NCBI GenBank assembly: GCA_964187785.1
Contig: OZ076409.1
Location: forward strand, 56,670,001 to 56,734,000
DNA: 64,000 nt
Direction of reading: 5' to 3'
Source: Amphiscolops sp. MND2022
Taxonomy: Eukaryota
Shown here: one piece after another, positions 52,849-64,000 of the stretch
Layout: each line of letters starts with the position of its first letter
How positions within the stretch are numbered: position 1 is the first letter of the stretch
The notes under the pieces: model-generated
Told to the model about the DNA's origin: nothing
Seen by the model: the letters and a program-made list of their open reading frames with translations, nothing else
Databases searched by the model: none
Position numbers and translations under genes: made by a program

Positions 52849-54236
52849 GAAACATGGCTCTCTTGATAAGATCTTACGATAGTATCTTGCAATTCTTGGC
52901 AATATCTTGTCACGATCTTAGCTAAGATTTTTCCAAGATCTTGCCAAGATCTTACTAAGATATCCATGGAGGGTCGACCCGGGAGAATAGAAAAAGGAGC
53001 AAGATACCTTGTACGGAGAAGAGGACGATAAAAAATACTCGGAAAAGTCTCAATTAGCCAGTGCTAATAACACCTTCAATGCAGTCCATTGAAATATTGA
53101 CAAGTTTTAGTTTTATCAAAAGCTATATCGTGTAGTGAATACTGTACAATTGGGCCAGTTTGCGTAGTTATTGTCTTTCGGTGCATGGAGCCCCGGCTTG
53201 CAAACCTGCGTGGCCAGCCATTCTGTGCCTTCTTAATGATTTTCAAATACTGTTTTTGTTGAGCTCGTGAGCTACTATTTAAAATCTACACAGTATTCCT
53301 TTGTGTTACTAATCGTTTACAGAGGAAATTAAAGCGCTTTTTCTAGGTACGAATTTTGAGGTGCAATGGAACGGTGGTTCTGGATAGGCAAAATCCTGTT
53401 AGCAGTACACTAGAATCGATCGAAGGACATTCTACGGTACAAAGCTACCAAAGAAAGCAAAATGAATCTATTGGTTGGTGGAAGCCGTCCAGTGCATCGA
53501 AGTTCCACTCTCGTAGGCTTCTCCAAGCTCGCAATGGCAAGCTTGTTGAAGCTTGTCGTTACATCACGTTTCAACTCAACAAAAATTGTAAATCCAGGTT
53601 GACCCTTCATGCAAAATAAAGTTCGATCGAACGACTTACAGCAATCGCGGCTACATCACACCAAATTCTTGTTCGTGATCGTTCCACGATTTGTGCTTTG
53701 ATTCACGCGCTGTCGTCAATATCATGAAAAGCCATATATTGCGATGTATGAAAATAGTTGTTATACAACTACCATTCAAAAGAAAAAACATTCAAATCAG
53801 ACAATTACTATAAAATGGTCTTTTTCTGGAACAAATGTTTTCAATACATGACAAATTAGCATTACGTAGTCAGTCAAAACTCACGTTGATGCACTTGATG
53901 GCTATCTTGAACTATAAATTCTATGTACAACGAGTCGAGTCAACATCACCAATTCATTAATTTCTGCCGTCCAATACTGATTTATTCAGTTTTGCGTTGG
54001 CACAAAATTCCATGAAAAGTAAGTATCTCTGTACCAAAAGTTACCGCTAAGGTAGGAAACAGTTTGGTAATGATTGCCTATGCAAAGATCTTCAATTATT
54101 CGTATACGATACAAGAGGTCAAGATGGAGTGATCTCCAGTTCCACTTTAGCTTTACACAGCTGAAGGGCATTACTATTCGAAACCTTTCTTTGAGATAAT
54201 TTCAGTTCTACTAAATCTTTTTGCGGGAAATATGCA

Positions 54237-54954
54237 TGTAACGTCAGGCAAAAGTCGTTGCATAAGTTTTTGAAAATTTCAATCAAAAATTCGAAATGTG
54301 CGGTATCAAACAAGCACATTCAAGATGGCCAACCCGGCAGGTACGAAAACCGTAGAGGAAGCAAAAATAAAGGCAAAACACACCCAATACCCCCACCACC
54401 ACCCAGGAACGTGAATATCCGACATGTCATCACCCAGAAGGCGAGAGAATCAGGAATTGTGCCATCTGACAGCAAAAAGACAGGGTTTCGGCAGAAAAAT
54501 GCCAAATGAGACCATTGTGCCCCGAAGATGAGGAATGATGCCAGAGGCCAGACTGACGACCAACCCTGAACTGTAATGTTATTGGGGCTTATCACCGTGT
54601 TTTATCACCGTTTACAGACTGTTTGGATGATATTTGACCTACTAGGTCTCCATTTTAGTCCTCATTTCCAAATATAATGTATTTCAGTTAGATACCTATT
54701 TTGGACCTCGGAAGTATGCAGGGGTTGCGAGAACACGCTAGAAACCTTAGGATTCGTTTTTACACGCTTGTGGGACTTTGAGAGCCTCGGAGCTCTAACT
54801 AGAGGAGCCTCCTTTGAGGAAAGAAAAGTCCCCCTAGGAGACCATTTTGGGAATAAAAGCTAGTGTTTAGGGATTTAGTAAGACAACGGTCTCCTGTTTA
54901 AGCACCCTAGGCATTTTCCCTCTTCCTAGATGTGCGCCGCTAGCCAAACATTTA
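54237..54954 (+). mobile_element. Solo LTR of a family related to the giant element (3' end approximate)
   Basis: Starts TGTAACGTC and shares collinear blocks with the reverse complement of the 720-bp LTR: CAA(G/A)ATGGCC, AATTGTG(C/T)CATCT, GGACCTCGGA, GCTTGTGGGAC, CGGAGCTCTAA, GAAAAGTCCC, TGTTTAGG, GGTCTC. Confidence 0.85.
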
Positions 54955-55427
54955 GTTCTTACAGAGATCAATTTAAAAATTATTTAATTTTTAAAATGAC
55001 CATTTATTTTAAAATTTTTGTTAGAGCTTGACAATAAAAGGTTTTTCAATCACATGAACTTGTTTTAGTATCATACTACGAAAGTATGATGGAGTTCAAA
55101 AACACGCCGGAAACAAATTTCAATTTCCAGCAAAATAAGATCACTGTCCTAATTATCTTGCAACGTAGCTGTACGGTTTACAAACAAATCAATTAGAAAA
55201 TCAGCGAGAAGATTAAGTCACATATCGAAGCTACTAGCCCTAGAAGAGCTTGGCTGCTCGCTAAATCATTGCAACTCTCGCCGCCGTACTGTCAAGTATC
55301 AAAATTGTGAAACAAATCTTCAGATGATCTCGCCATTTTGTAATTTTTGAATGCTATGCCGAAGTCACTGAAAACGATTTTGTCAAAATAGAAGGCCAAC
55401 CTAAAATGCTGTGGAAATTTGAATTAT

Positions 55428-55853
55428 CCCGGATCCAAATTCATAGGGCTTACATGCAATTCCATGTATGATCAGTATGATTCCATACAATTCCATGCAT
55501 GGAACCATATGATTCCATACATGGAAGTGCATGGAACCATATGATTCCATGCATGGAAAGGTATGGAACGAAAAGCAAAAATTTGAAATTCCCAAAATTT
55601 CAAATTTTCGTTCTACTTGCATGTCACTTTCCGGAAACAACTTGAAAACAACTGGATTTGATTTGATTTGAACTGGAAAACGGAAAACGATACAATAAAA
55701 CCGGAAAATTGGAGTGCTTCCTTCCAAACTGTTAGGTATAAGGACTTGTGTTTTCAGCTTCTGCAAACTATGGAAACGGCATGAAATCATCGTATGGAAC
55801 CATATGGTTCCATGCATGGAATCGCATGGAAGACTTATGAATTTGGATCCAGG
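55428..55853. mobile_element. 426-bp MITE with CCC ends and 2-bp TSD (AT)
   Basis: TIR CCCGGATCCAAATTCATA and TATGAATTTGGATCCAGG, with CATGGAA-rich sub-terminal repeats. A more degenerate relative lies at about 57990-58783. Confidence 0.8.
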
Positions 55854-55894
55854 ATGCCATTCTTTTATTTTTGTTTACTGTTTGATAAGCCTTA

Positions 55895-56442
55895 CCCTAG
55901 TCGATATTGCTTGAACTTTTTATATGCTGCATGGAAACATGCAGGCTAATTTTTTATAAAACATGGAAATTTCCGGGACCGTGCATGGAAACATTTTTAT
56001 AGGAATACAATGCAGCCTTCACCATTTGAATTAAAACTGAAAACAATTCCACTTCTTCGCCGCAGCGATCACTTTGTTTTCACGCGTAAGTTTCTCATGT
56101 AAGTACCTTATGTAATCACCGTTAGCCAATTAGCACGCAGAATATGACGCTACTTTGAAACTTATAATGTGACTGAAATTTGTTTGCATTGAAAGCAATA
56201 AAATTGATTAGGGTCTCAGCTGCTTTCAAAATTAGAACGGCGTCTTTATGAAACCTGCAAAACGTCGCGGCGCAGAATTGCCGCCAAATTTAAGATGCAT
56301 TTTATAGGCAGCTTGATAAAATTAAATCGAATCAGTGAAGATTTAATGCATGGACATTTCTTTGAGAATTTTATAAAATCATGGAAAACTAGCTTGGTAA
56401 CCTACAAAAACATGTAAAAAGTTCAAGCAGTTCCAACCAGGG
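55895..56442. mobile_element. 548-bp MITE with CCCT...AGGG ends and 2-bp TSD (TA)
   Basis: TIR CCCTAGTCGATATTGCTTGAACTTTTTATATG versus the reverse complement of CATGTAAAAAGTTCAAGCAGTTCCAACCAGGG. Homologous to 26246-26794. Confidence 0.8.
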
Positions 56443-59023
56443 TAGAAAACGTGCACTCAGTATTACGATTCGTAGCATTACATCCCTGATTGATACAATC
56501 TTGCTACAATCTTACTTTGATAAGCTACCACAGAAACTTTTTCGTACAGAAACTCACCAAATCTCGGAACTTTTCATTTTTGGCAATGGAGAACAGGTTG
56601 AACTCATCTATTAGTAAACAAAACTGATGAATACCAGCTAACCTGTACCTCACTCAAAAACAAACACCAAAAAATGGCTAAAAACTTGAACAAAAATATC
56701 AAAAAAAACTAACCAATTTTTTATTGTATTCATTTTTCCTCATAAAAAGCCTTTGAGCTTCTCAGATTTCGTTTCAGGGGCTTCATATTATATTTTTTAC
56801 TGAATATTCCAAGTTAGAGTCCATTTTATTGTACTATCCTCTGATAAATTAAATTATTGTTGTTATTTTTATTATAGGAGTGATGGGGCTGTGCCATTCA
56901 AACTGGGAATCTGATCGACGACCAACTCCATTTTAATCCTCTAACCATAATTTTGTTCGATGGCATGTTTTTATTGAATGTCTTGAGCAGAAACGAAATT
57001 TTTTTATTTTTTTTAGAAAAAAAGCACAATAATTTCAGCCCAGATTTGAGGTAAATCAGGATGTGCCAGTTTGTCTGTGCCGCTCCAACATTTATACGCC
57101 GTGCATTGTTCGTGCTATGAATCCGTCAAACTAAAATTGCGTTGTGTATGGCAATGGGATTAACTGTATGATGACACACCCAATTTGCTGTTTGGATTAT
57201 AACCCTTTTTAGTGTTTGAAACGGTAGTGCTTTATTGTTAAGCCAAACAGTAAAACGCTCAGTTCAGATTTCAAAGACTATTGCCGAACAAAAGACACTA
57301 ATGAATTTTCCACCGGTTTTGTTGATCCAATGAGATTCAAAACTCTGAGAAAGGAGTTGTGAGGTTGCTTTACCTGGAAGTGGTAAAAACATTAGACTGT
57401 GAAATTTATGTGACATTTCAGAGCAAGTGGAAAATCGCATAGAATGCGAACAAAGCTAGCTTTGAAGGTGGTAAAGATTTAAACCTTTTTGGAACCTGCA
57501 GCCCATTGTGTTGGCTCAAAAAGGCATTAAACATTCTTTGAAGAGACTTTAAAGCTGTCAAAAAGTTGAACACTTAGGAAAGGAGAAAGAAAAAATAAAG
57601 ACTTACTATCTTAAAGACAAAAACTACCAACCAAAATGACATTTTGAGCAAAACGCTTTCAAACCACATTTTTTTCACTTCGGACTCAAAATAAAAGTCT
57701 TTGAGATTTAAAAGAAAAGATGACAGCGAACGATGCTTTTTTCAAAGCTACTAATCGTCAAGATTAAGATGCTTTATTTTTACAAATTTAATTAGCTCTG
57801 CATTGGTCTGTTAAATCCAAAATGCGACTGTGATTTGTTCTTCTCATCGACTTGTGAAATGATTTCTTCACCTCTTCACAAGTCTGACTGAAGCACGTCC
57901 CAAAGAATTTAAACCTTTCGTTTCCTCAATGAAAAATTTCAGAGTTCTTGTTTTTTCTCGAGGACTTGAAGTGAGTAGGATGGATGGCTACCGGAATCTG
58001 AATTCATGAGGCTTCCTTGCGGTTCCATGCATGAAACTATATTATCAACACAATTCCATGCGTGGAAACGTATGGAACCATATGATTTTTTCGTATTAGA
58101 CTCATATGAACTTAATGCAATCTTAAGATAAGAGTTATGATAACGTTATTTAAATGCGAACAGCTTCACCAATTGCCAAAAATGACGATTTTTTTTTTCG
58201 TTTTTGTCAGGTTGTGTTCCAAAAAAAAGTACAAGTATGATCAATTTAGGTTCGTGAGGCTCAGTTTGATAACCTTCATATGTAAATAATACGTAAATAA
58301 TATGAGTGGGTCATTTGTTTTTCAATGAACATCGAACTATTTTCTCAATTGTGAGCTCACTTATACAAAGAAAAAGTTATTAGGTCACTTCACTAAATCA
58401 CACTTCTGGATGTATTACTTATTCTAGAGATTTTCTTTCTCAGGTTCTTCCCAATCCAAGAAGTGAGACTATCTATCTAGTCATTTTATTTAGATCAATT
58501 AATTATTGACGAAACTGAGGTTACAGAAACAAGATTTTTGCTTATAAGAATCTTCTTGTTAATCTAAACCTTTCTCGTACAATCGAAGTTCAATTTATGT
58601 AAGCATTGGGACCTTTTCACTCTCTGGATTAAATTGTTAGTTTATTTTGCATTTATACCTGGAAAAAAAACTATAAATTGTGTCATCATTCTATGCAATT
58701 TCCAATTCCATACATGAAAACGGCATGGAATTATTGTATGAAACTGTGGGGTTGCATGAAATTGCATCTGGCTTTGGTTCCGTGTTGATGTTTGGATTCA
58801 GAGCGTTGCCTTGGAGCGTTTTTGATATAACATAATGAGTTAATTTACCTTATATAAAGCGTGAAATACTTTCCCGTTTTTGTCATTTGCCAAGCAGCAC
58901 TTCAATGTACGATTTCTTTACAAACAAATTTTTATAATTTTGTTATAATTCCTTTGTGATAACGTGATTGGTCGTACGCTTGGTCAGTGATATCGTCTTG
59001 TGGATGATTGCGGCCAAACTCAC

Positions 59024-59320
59024 CTATAGAGTTACTCCTAAATCTCTCATCGCAGCTATCTTTGGAAATGTATTCCGGTCTCTCAGCCGGAACGTTCCAT
59101 CAATTCTGTGTCGTTTGTCCCGATCCGGCTTAAGGACATTTTGGATCTGAGGCAATACTTGACTATTTATTGCATCACTTATTGCCCCTAAAATTTGAAC
59201 ATTAACACTATTCATCATCTAGTCCATTTCCCTAGATATCCTAGAGTTTAATTCACTTGACAGTCTATTGATCTCAGCACTAGAGTTAGCACTTGTAGAG
59301 TTTTGGCCAAGACCGGCATT
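59024..59320 (-). pseudogene. Relic ORF, family copy 2 of 3
   Basis: INRLSSELNSRISREMD*MMNSVNVQILGAISDAINSQVLPQIQNVL. Confidence 0.5.
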
Positions 59321-59753
59321 TTAAATAACAATTAGTTGGATGGCCTGATTCGGCCATTTACCTAATGTCCAAACAGAAAAGCACGCATTATTGTCATATC
59401 CGGCCAATTAGATTGAAAATAGGAATAGCACTGCGGAACAGAGAGATTTGATTGGATGTTACGGTGAGCTCAAGTGACGTCTCCGGTGTAGGAGTTTCGT
59501 TCGCTTGAACTCGTTTCCGTTAAGCTACATACTTGCACGTTATATCTGATGTATTGCTCACAACACTTATCTTGTATTACTGTAACTTTAATACATCAAG
59601 GATTTCAAATCGCAACTTTCAATGTGAACATTAACAGACTAATACTGGAAAATACTAATATTGCACAGAACATATTGAATATCATAGTTTAAGCGGAAAA
59701 TAGTTTTGATTGTAGAATTCAGTACAGTGTGTAAAGTGCCGGGCATTACTTTT

Positions 59754-60487
59754 TGTCCAATCGAGGTCGTAATTCTTGTGCCGTCACAGGCGGCATCCTG
59801 CGACAGCGTCTAACACATGAATTCGAATGAAACGTTAACATATCACTTATAGCTTTAGCATAAATCAACGGGAAGTTGACAGGATTACCAAGACGGGAAT
59901 GTTTAAAGTCGGCGCTATATCTGAGGCTCAAAAAGCGCAAAGTTTTTAAACCTGTAAAAGGGGGGGACCCTCTGGGTTTTTTGAAAATCCAGTTTGTTGC
60001 AAAAAATTGGAGGGGGACCCTTTCGAGACAAAACGCTTCCGACAGTCTTTTTAATTTCCGAAAAAAAACGAAAAATGAGAATTTTGAACTGTCTATAGTG
60101 CCGAAAAACATAAAAGGGAATTACATACAAGGGAAATACATACAAGACCCTTTGGGTTTTTTGGCACTTCAGTTTGCTGCAAAATATCAAAAATACCTTG
60201 AAGGTGGGACCCTTTGAAGGCAAAAAAATCAAAAAAAAGTCGCACAGTGCCGAAAAAAATTGCTCGACAAAGTTTCTGGCTAAAGCAAGGACTCGAACCC
60301 GTGACCGCTGTCCAATCGAGGTCGTAATTCTTGTGCCGTCACAGGCGGCATCCTGCGACAGCGTCTAACACATGAATTCGAATGAAACGTTAACATATCA
60401 CTTATAGCTTTAGCATAAATCAACGGGAAGTTGACAGGATTACCAAGACGGGAATGTTTAAAGTCGGCGCTATATCTGAGGCTCAAA
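59754..60487. repeat. Identical 179-bp direct repeat (59754-59932 and 60309-60487)
   Basis: TGTCCAATCGAGG...CTGAGGCTCAAA is identical in both copies. It spans about 133 bp of flank plus the HINE terminus. Confidence 0.92.
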
Positions 60488-61040
60488 GAGCGCAGTTTTT
60501 AAACCTGTAAAAGCGGGACCCTTCGGGTTTTTTTTAAAATCCATTTTGTTGCAAAATATCAAATAAAGTAAAGGCGACCGTTTGGAGACAAAAAGAAAGT
60601 CGATTATTTTCCGAGAAAAATTGAAAAAATGAGAATTTTGAACAGTCTCTTAGTGCCAAAACACACAAAAAGGGAGACCCTTTGGGCTTTTTGTCACTTT
60701 AGTTTGCCGCGAAATATCAAAAAAACTTGAAATTGGGACTCTTTGAACTCGAAAAAATTTCGAAAAAAGTCGCACAGTGCCGAAAAAAATTGAAAGAGTC
60801 GCACAGTATCGATAAAAAATTACTCGAAAAAGTTTCTGGCTAAGGCAAGGACTCGAACCCTTGACCGCTGGGTTCACCGTAAACCGAGTAAAGTCTGTAC
60901 TGACGAGTACACGTGAACGAATGAAGACTGTAAAAAGTGGTACATACACGATGAGGCCTGTGATCTGACGAAAAAAAAGAAAAAAAAACTAGCCGCTGTA
61001 ATAGTCGGGCTCTTTTCACGAGAAAAGCGCCGACTAAAAA
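59887..61040 (-). mobile_element. Two HINE/DINE-1-like segments (partial 59887-60308, complete 60442-61040)
   Basis: ACCAAGACGGG...AAGTCGGCGC terminus at one end and the hairpin TAGTCGGGCTCTTTTC-ACGA-GAAAAGCGCCGACTA at the other. Internal B-box GGTTCGAGTCC. Confidence 0.7.
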
Positions 61041-62111
61041 CAAGATGCACGGTGGCACTGCGATGTCTGTCGTATGTTACCAAACACCTACAGTGATAAT
61101 CGAGATTCAGTCGCTCGAAGAAAAAGTCACCGAATAATTTCAGCTAAACATTCAGTATGAATTTTTGAAAGGAAACCCATTAACAATTCAATGCTATTAT
61201 TCAACAAACTAGGAACGTCCGTTGAAACAACGGTCAATACCGTAGGACTCACGTTCTACAACGGTATGAGGTTCCTGAGTTTTTAGAGGAAACAGCTTTA
61301 GATGGATGTCTTTAATTTCAACTATGGACCGATTTCGTACCAGTTGTTTTCTGCAAGTTTCTGAACGCACAAGCTGACCGTATGGTGAAGAACACTTTTG
61401 ATCAAGGTTTTCAGACAATATTACATAGCATTACAAGCCTTTCACGGAGTAGTGACTTGTTGTCTCCGAAGTCAAGAAAACAAGACAAAAAATCAAAAAA
61501 TTGAGCGCATGTTTTTTTTTCAATTTCCGTTTTTGGCCAATGTCCCACGCTGCCGCCTAAGATGGGAATTTGAATTCGATCTCCCATAATTACTAAAGGA
61601 CCTTGTCAGGAACTGTACCCCTCATTTGAAGAGATAAGCAGTACCCAGAAACATTCCGAATTTTTTAATCAAACTTTCTAAATATACTTAACTTATACGT
61701 TAATTTAAAACTATTTGACGCCAATGAACTACTGAGAGGCAGATATGAAACAACTTCAAGTGTCTGCATGTCCAGTACTATCAACGTGGTCGTACAAAGC
61801 CAATCAGAACGCGTGCTGACATATAATACTTATATACAGTACAAGTGCTAGCATTAATGTAAACAGCCGATTACGGCTAATAGACTCAAAACGAATGGCC
61901 TTTGAAACACGTGGTCGGTTACAGCTGTTTCCTTATTAGAAGTACTTTGTAATTATTCTCACTCTCTGATAGAGTAAAGTAGAAGACTTATATTATGATA
62001 ATTTTGCACTGCTATTATTATTCGGAATGAACGTTTCTATAGCAGTGTCTGAAAACCCCCCTTTTGAGAATAAAATATGAAAATAAATGTTATCCCGACA
62101 AAAAAATTTCA

Positions 62112-62222
62112 ATGCCACCAACGAAAAGCCAAAACCCGTGCAAAGCGCTCTACAGTATTGGATGTCTTCTCTGACTGCGATAATATGGAGGTATTGTTAG
62201 GTGAAAGGTTTGGGTAATTCAA

Positions 62223-62253
<31 letters not shown>

Positions 62254-62561
62254 TTAGAAAATAAAATGAACAGACCAGTTTGTCACGAAGACTCTCGGAC
62301 CAATTCTAGTCCTAAGGAAAACTCATCCCGAGAGAATGATATTAGAAACAAAAAACTGAAAATGTGACCTCTAATCCCGATCGACTCCTAGAGCCGATGG
62401 AAAGATTTTCAGGCGAAATGAATTTAAAGCTCTCGCAGGAGATGGACCCAATGATGAGTATGATGCATGCTCAACTAAATAAGGCATTTTGCTCCGCCAT
62501 AAATGACAGGGTTATTCCAGAGATTCAGAATATATTCAGCAGCTCACCTTTGAGAAAATGA
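62112..62561 (+). pseudogene. Relic ORF, family copy 3 of 3
   Basis: MPPTKSQ..RAKRSTVLDVFSDCDNMEVLLGE...ERFSGEMNLKLSQEMDPMMSMMHAQLNKAFCSAINDRVIPEIQN, with frameshifts. Confidence 0.5.
62226..62253. repeat. (AG)n microsatellite
   Basis: About 14 AG units. Confidence 0.95.
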
Positions 62562-64000
62562 TGTAGGGACGGAAACGTCAACTTCCCATCAGGGTCCTGG
62601 CAATAGGCCGGATCTGTCCGGAATCAATCCATCAAAGAAGGACTATAGATTGCTTGTTGAATGCAATTTAATCGACCTCGGGTCTTTGAAATTTTACTTT
62701 CGTTGAATTCAACCGAAAGTCCAGCGAAAGTCCAGTGGCATTGCAATTATTTCTGTATCTTGAAAATAACAACAGAGAACTTGTAAAAATTGCTGAGCAA
62801 GTTTCGAGCACGAAATCTGGATTTACAGATCCCACTAGTATCGCGATTGGGCCAAAGCGGCCCTAGCATGTTCGTGATAAACCTGCACTGTACGTGAGTA
62901 TTCGGGGGGTAACAGTTTGTTTGGACTATTTGAAAGAAATATTAGATACGTTTTTCATGAGGTGACAAAAATATTGCTTTCATAGAACAACTGTTTTAAA
63001 AATTTTTAGGGTTTTGTTTTTGCAGTCAAAACTTAAATTTTTTTTGTAGTTCGTCTCTTTCACAATATGTGGATAAATTGGATCTCAGCCATCGCAAAGT
63101 TTTTTGTCAGTATGGGAAGTTTTCTAACAGTCTTAATCTTGTGGGTATATCTTTTCTGTGTTGCTTAAACATAGTAATGGCTTCTTCTCTACATATTAGG
63201 TCAATATAAGATCACTATGTTAATAATTCAATACAATCGGAACTAGAAGAAACTATCCGAAAGTATTCACGAATACATGTCATTCCATGTTTTGTTGTTT
63301 ATAATTTAGTCATAAAAAGATTCATGTTGGGAAGTTTTCATGGCAAAACACTACCCTCGGAAGTTGATGAACCATGGTCCCCATTTTATTACTTTTGTGG
63401 CCTTGAGTTCATTATAACCCTGCATCCCAGTACACATGTGACATCAACGGTTCACGTCACTGTGTGGCTTACATTCATATCCATTCTTGCATCTATGCTT
63501 GGTTGAACCTATCGATGCAACATGAATCTTTCTGGCACATTGCATACAAGTGTTCTCTGCACAATCGAAACAGCGGCTTTGTTGAACTGAAGAGTTTCTA
63601 TGACCGATGGGCGAAAAGAAAGAGAGAAATTGATTTTGCTACTTTATTATTCTGAGATTGCGATGAATTATTGAAACAGGATTAATTTACATCTCGTTGC
63701 GATGGGCTGTGTCTTTTCAATTAACAATGTACAACTTAGCTGGCTTGAATTGAAGTAGTCATAAAAGTAACGAACCGCGTACATGATACCCTAGAGAGAC
63801 AAATGGATCCCATATACACACCTCAGGAGTCACCCCCTCCAAGAACTTACAACATTCCCTTGCTTGCATCTATCACACCCCTGTTACCTGGCTACTGGGG
63901 GCATCTGAAAAGTCCTGTCACCCCAACAATTGGTTGAAGGCGATTGCGAATATGTAGCAGAGGTGCTTTTTCCACAAGTTGTCCCAATAGAAGAGAAAAT

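Larger units (their letters stand above)
32795..52983. mobile_element. MITE of about 1.07 kb (32795-32857 plus 51979-52983) split by the giant LTR element
   Basis: TIRs CCCGGGTTGACCCTC and GAGGGTCGACCCGGG, with a 2-bp TSD AG. AAGATCTT-rich sub-terminal repeats continue across the insertion. Confidence 0.8.

Noticed and set aside
53130..53720. Possible transposase remnant
   Set aside because: Slightly GC-richer, but no catalytic motif is identifiable.

Overview
This is AT-rich, repeat-dense eukaryotic DNA (probably an invertebrate animal), and I can support no host gene in it. The main feature is a giant, young Ty3/gypsy-type LTR retrotransposon on the minus strand (32858-51978, 19.1 kb). It has 720-bp LTRs differing at about 4 positions and a 3.1-kb non-coding leader. 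Its single intact 3202-aa Gag-Pol ORF carries unusual extra modules: a degenerate protease-like domain before the active protease, a dUTPase-like remnant, an AT-hook, and what look like two tandem TARG1/Poa1p-type macrodomains after the integrase. A second ORF of about 1390 aa sits in the env position. It has no envelope hallmarks but contains a likely SGNH/GDSL-hydrolase-fold domain. The element is nested in a CCC-ended MITE, and a diverged solo LTR of a sister family lies 2.3 kb away. The window also holds a decayed 5.9-kb gypsy element (10534-16469, TSD CAGCG, tRNA-Ser PBS), a deleted MULE with a 9-bp TSD, several Helentron-associated (DINE-1-like) elements, CCC-ended MITEs with 2-bp TSDs, a tRNA-derived SINE, old gypsy relics and five long spacer-less palindromes. 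All domain calls are by eye and need HMM or structural confirmation.
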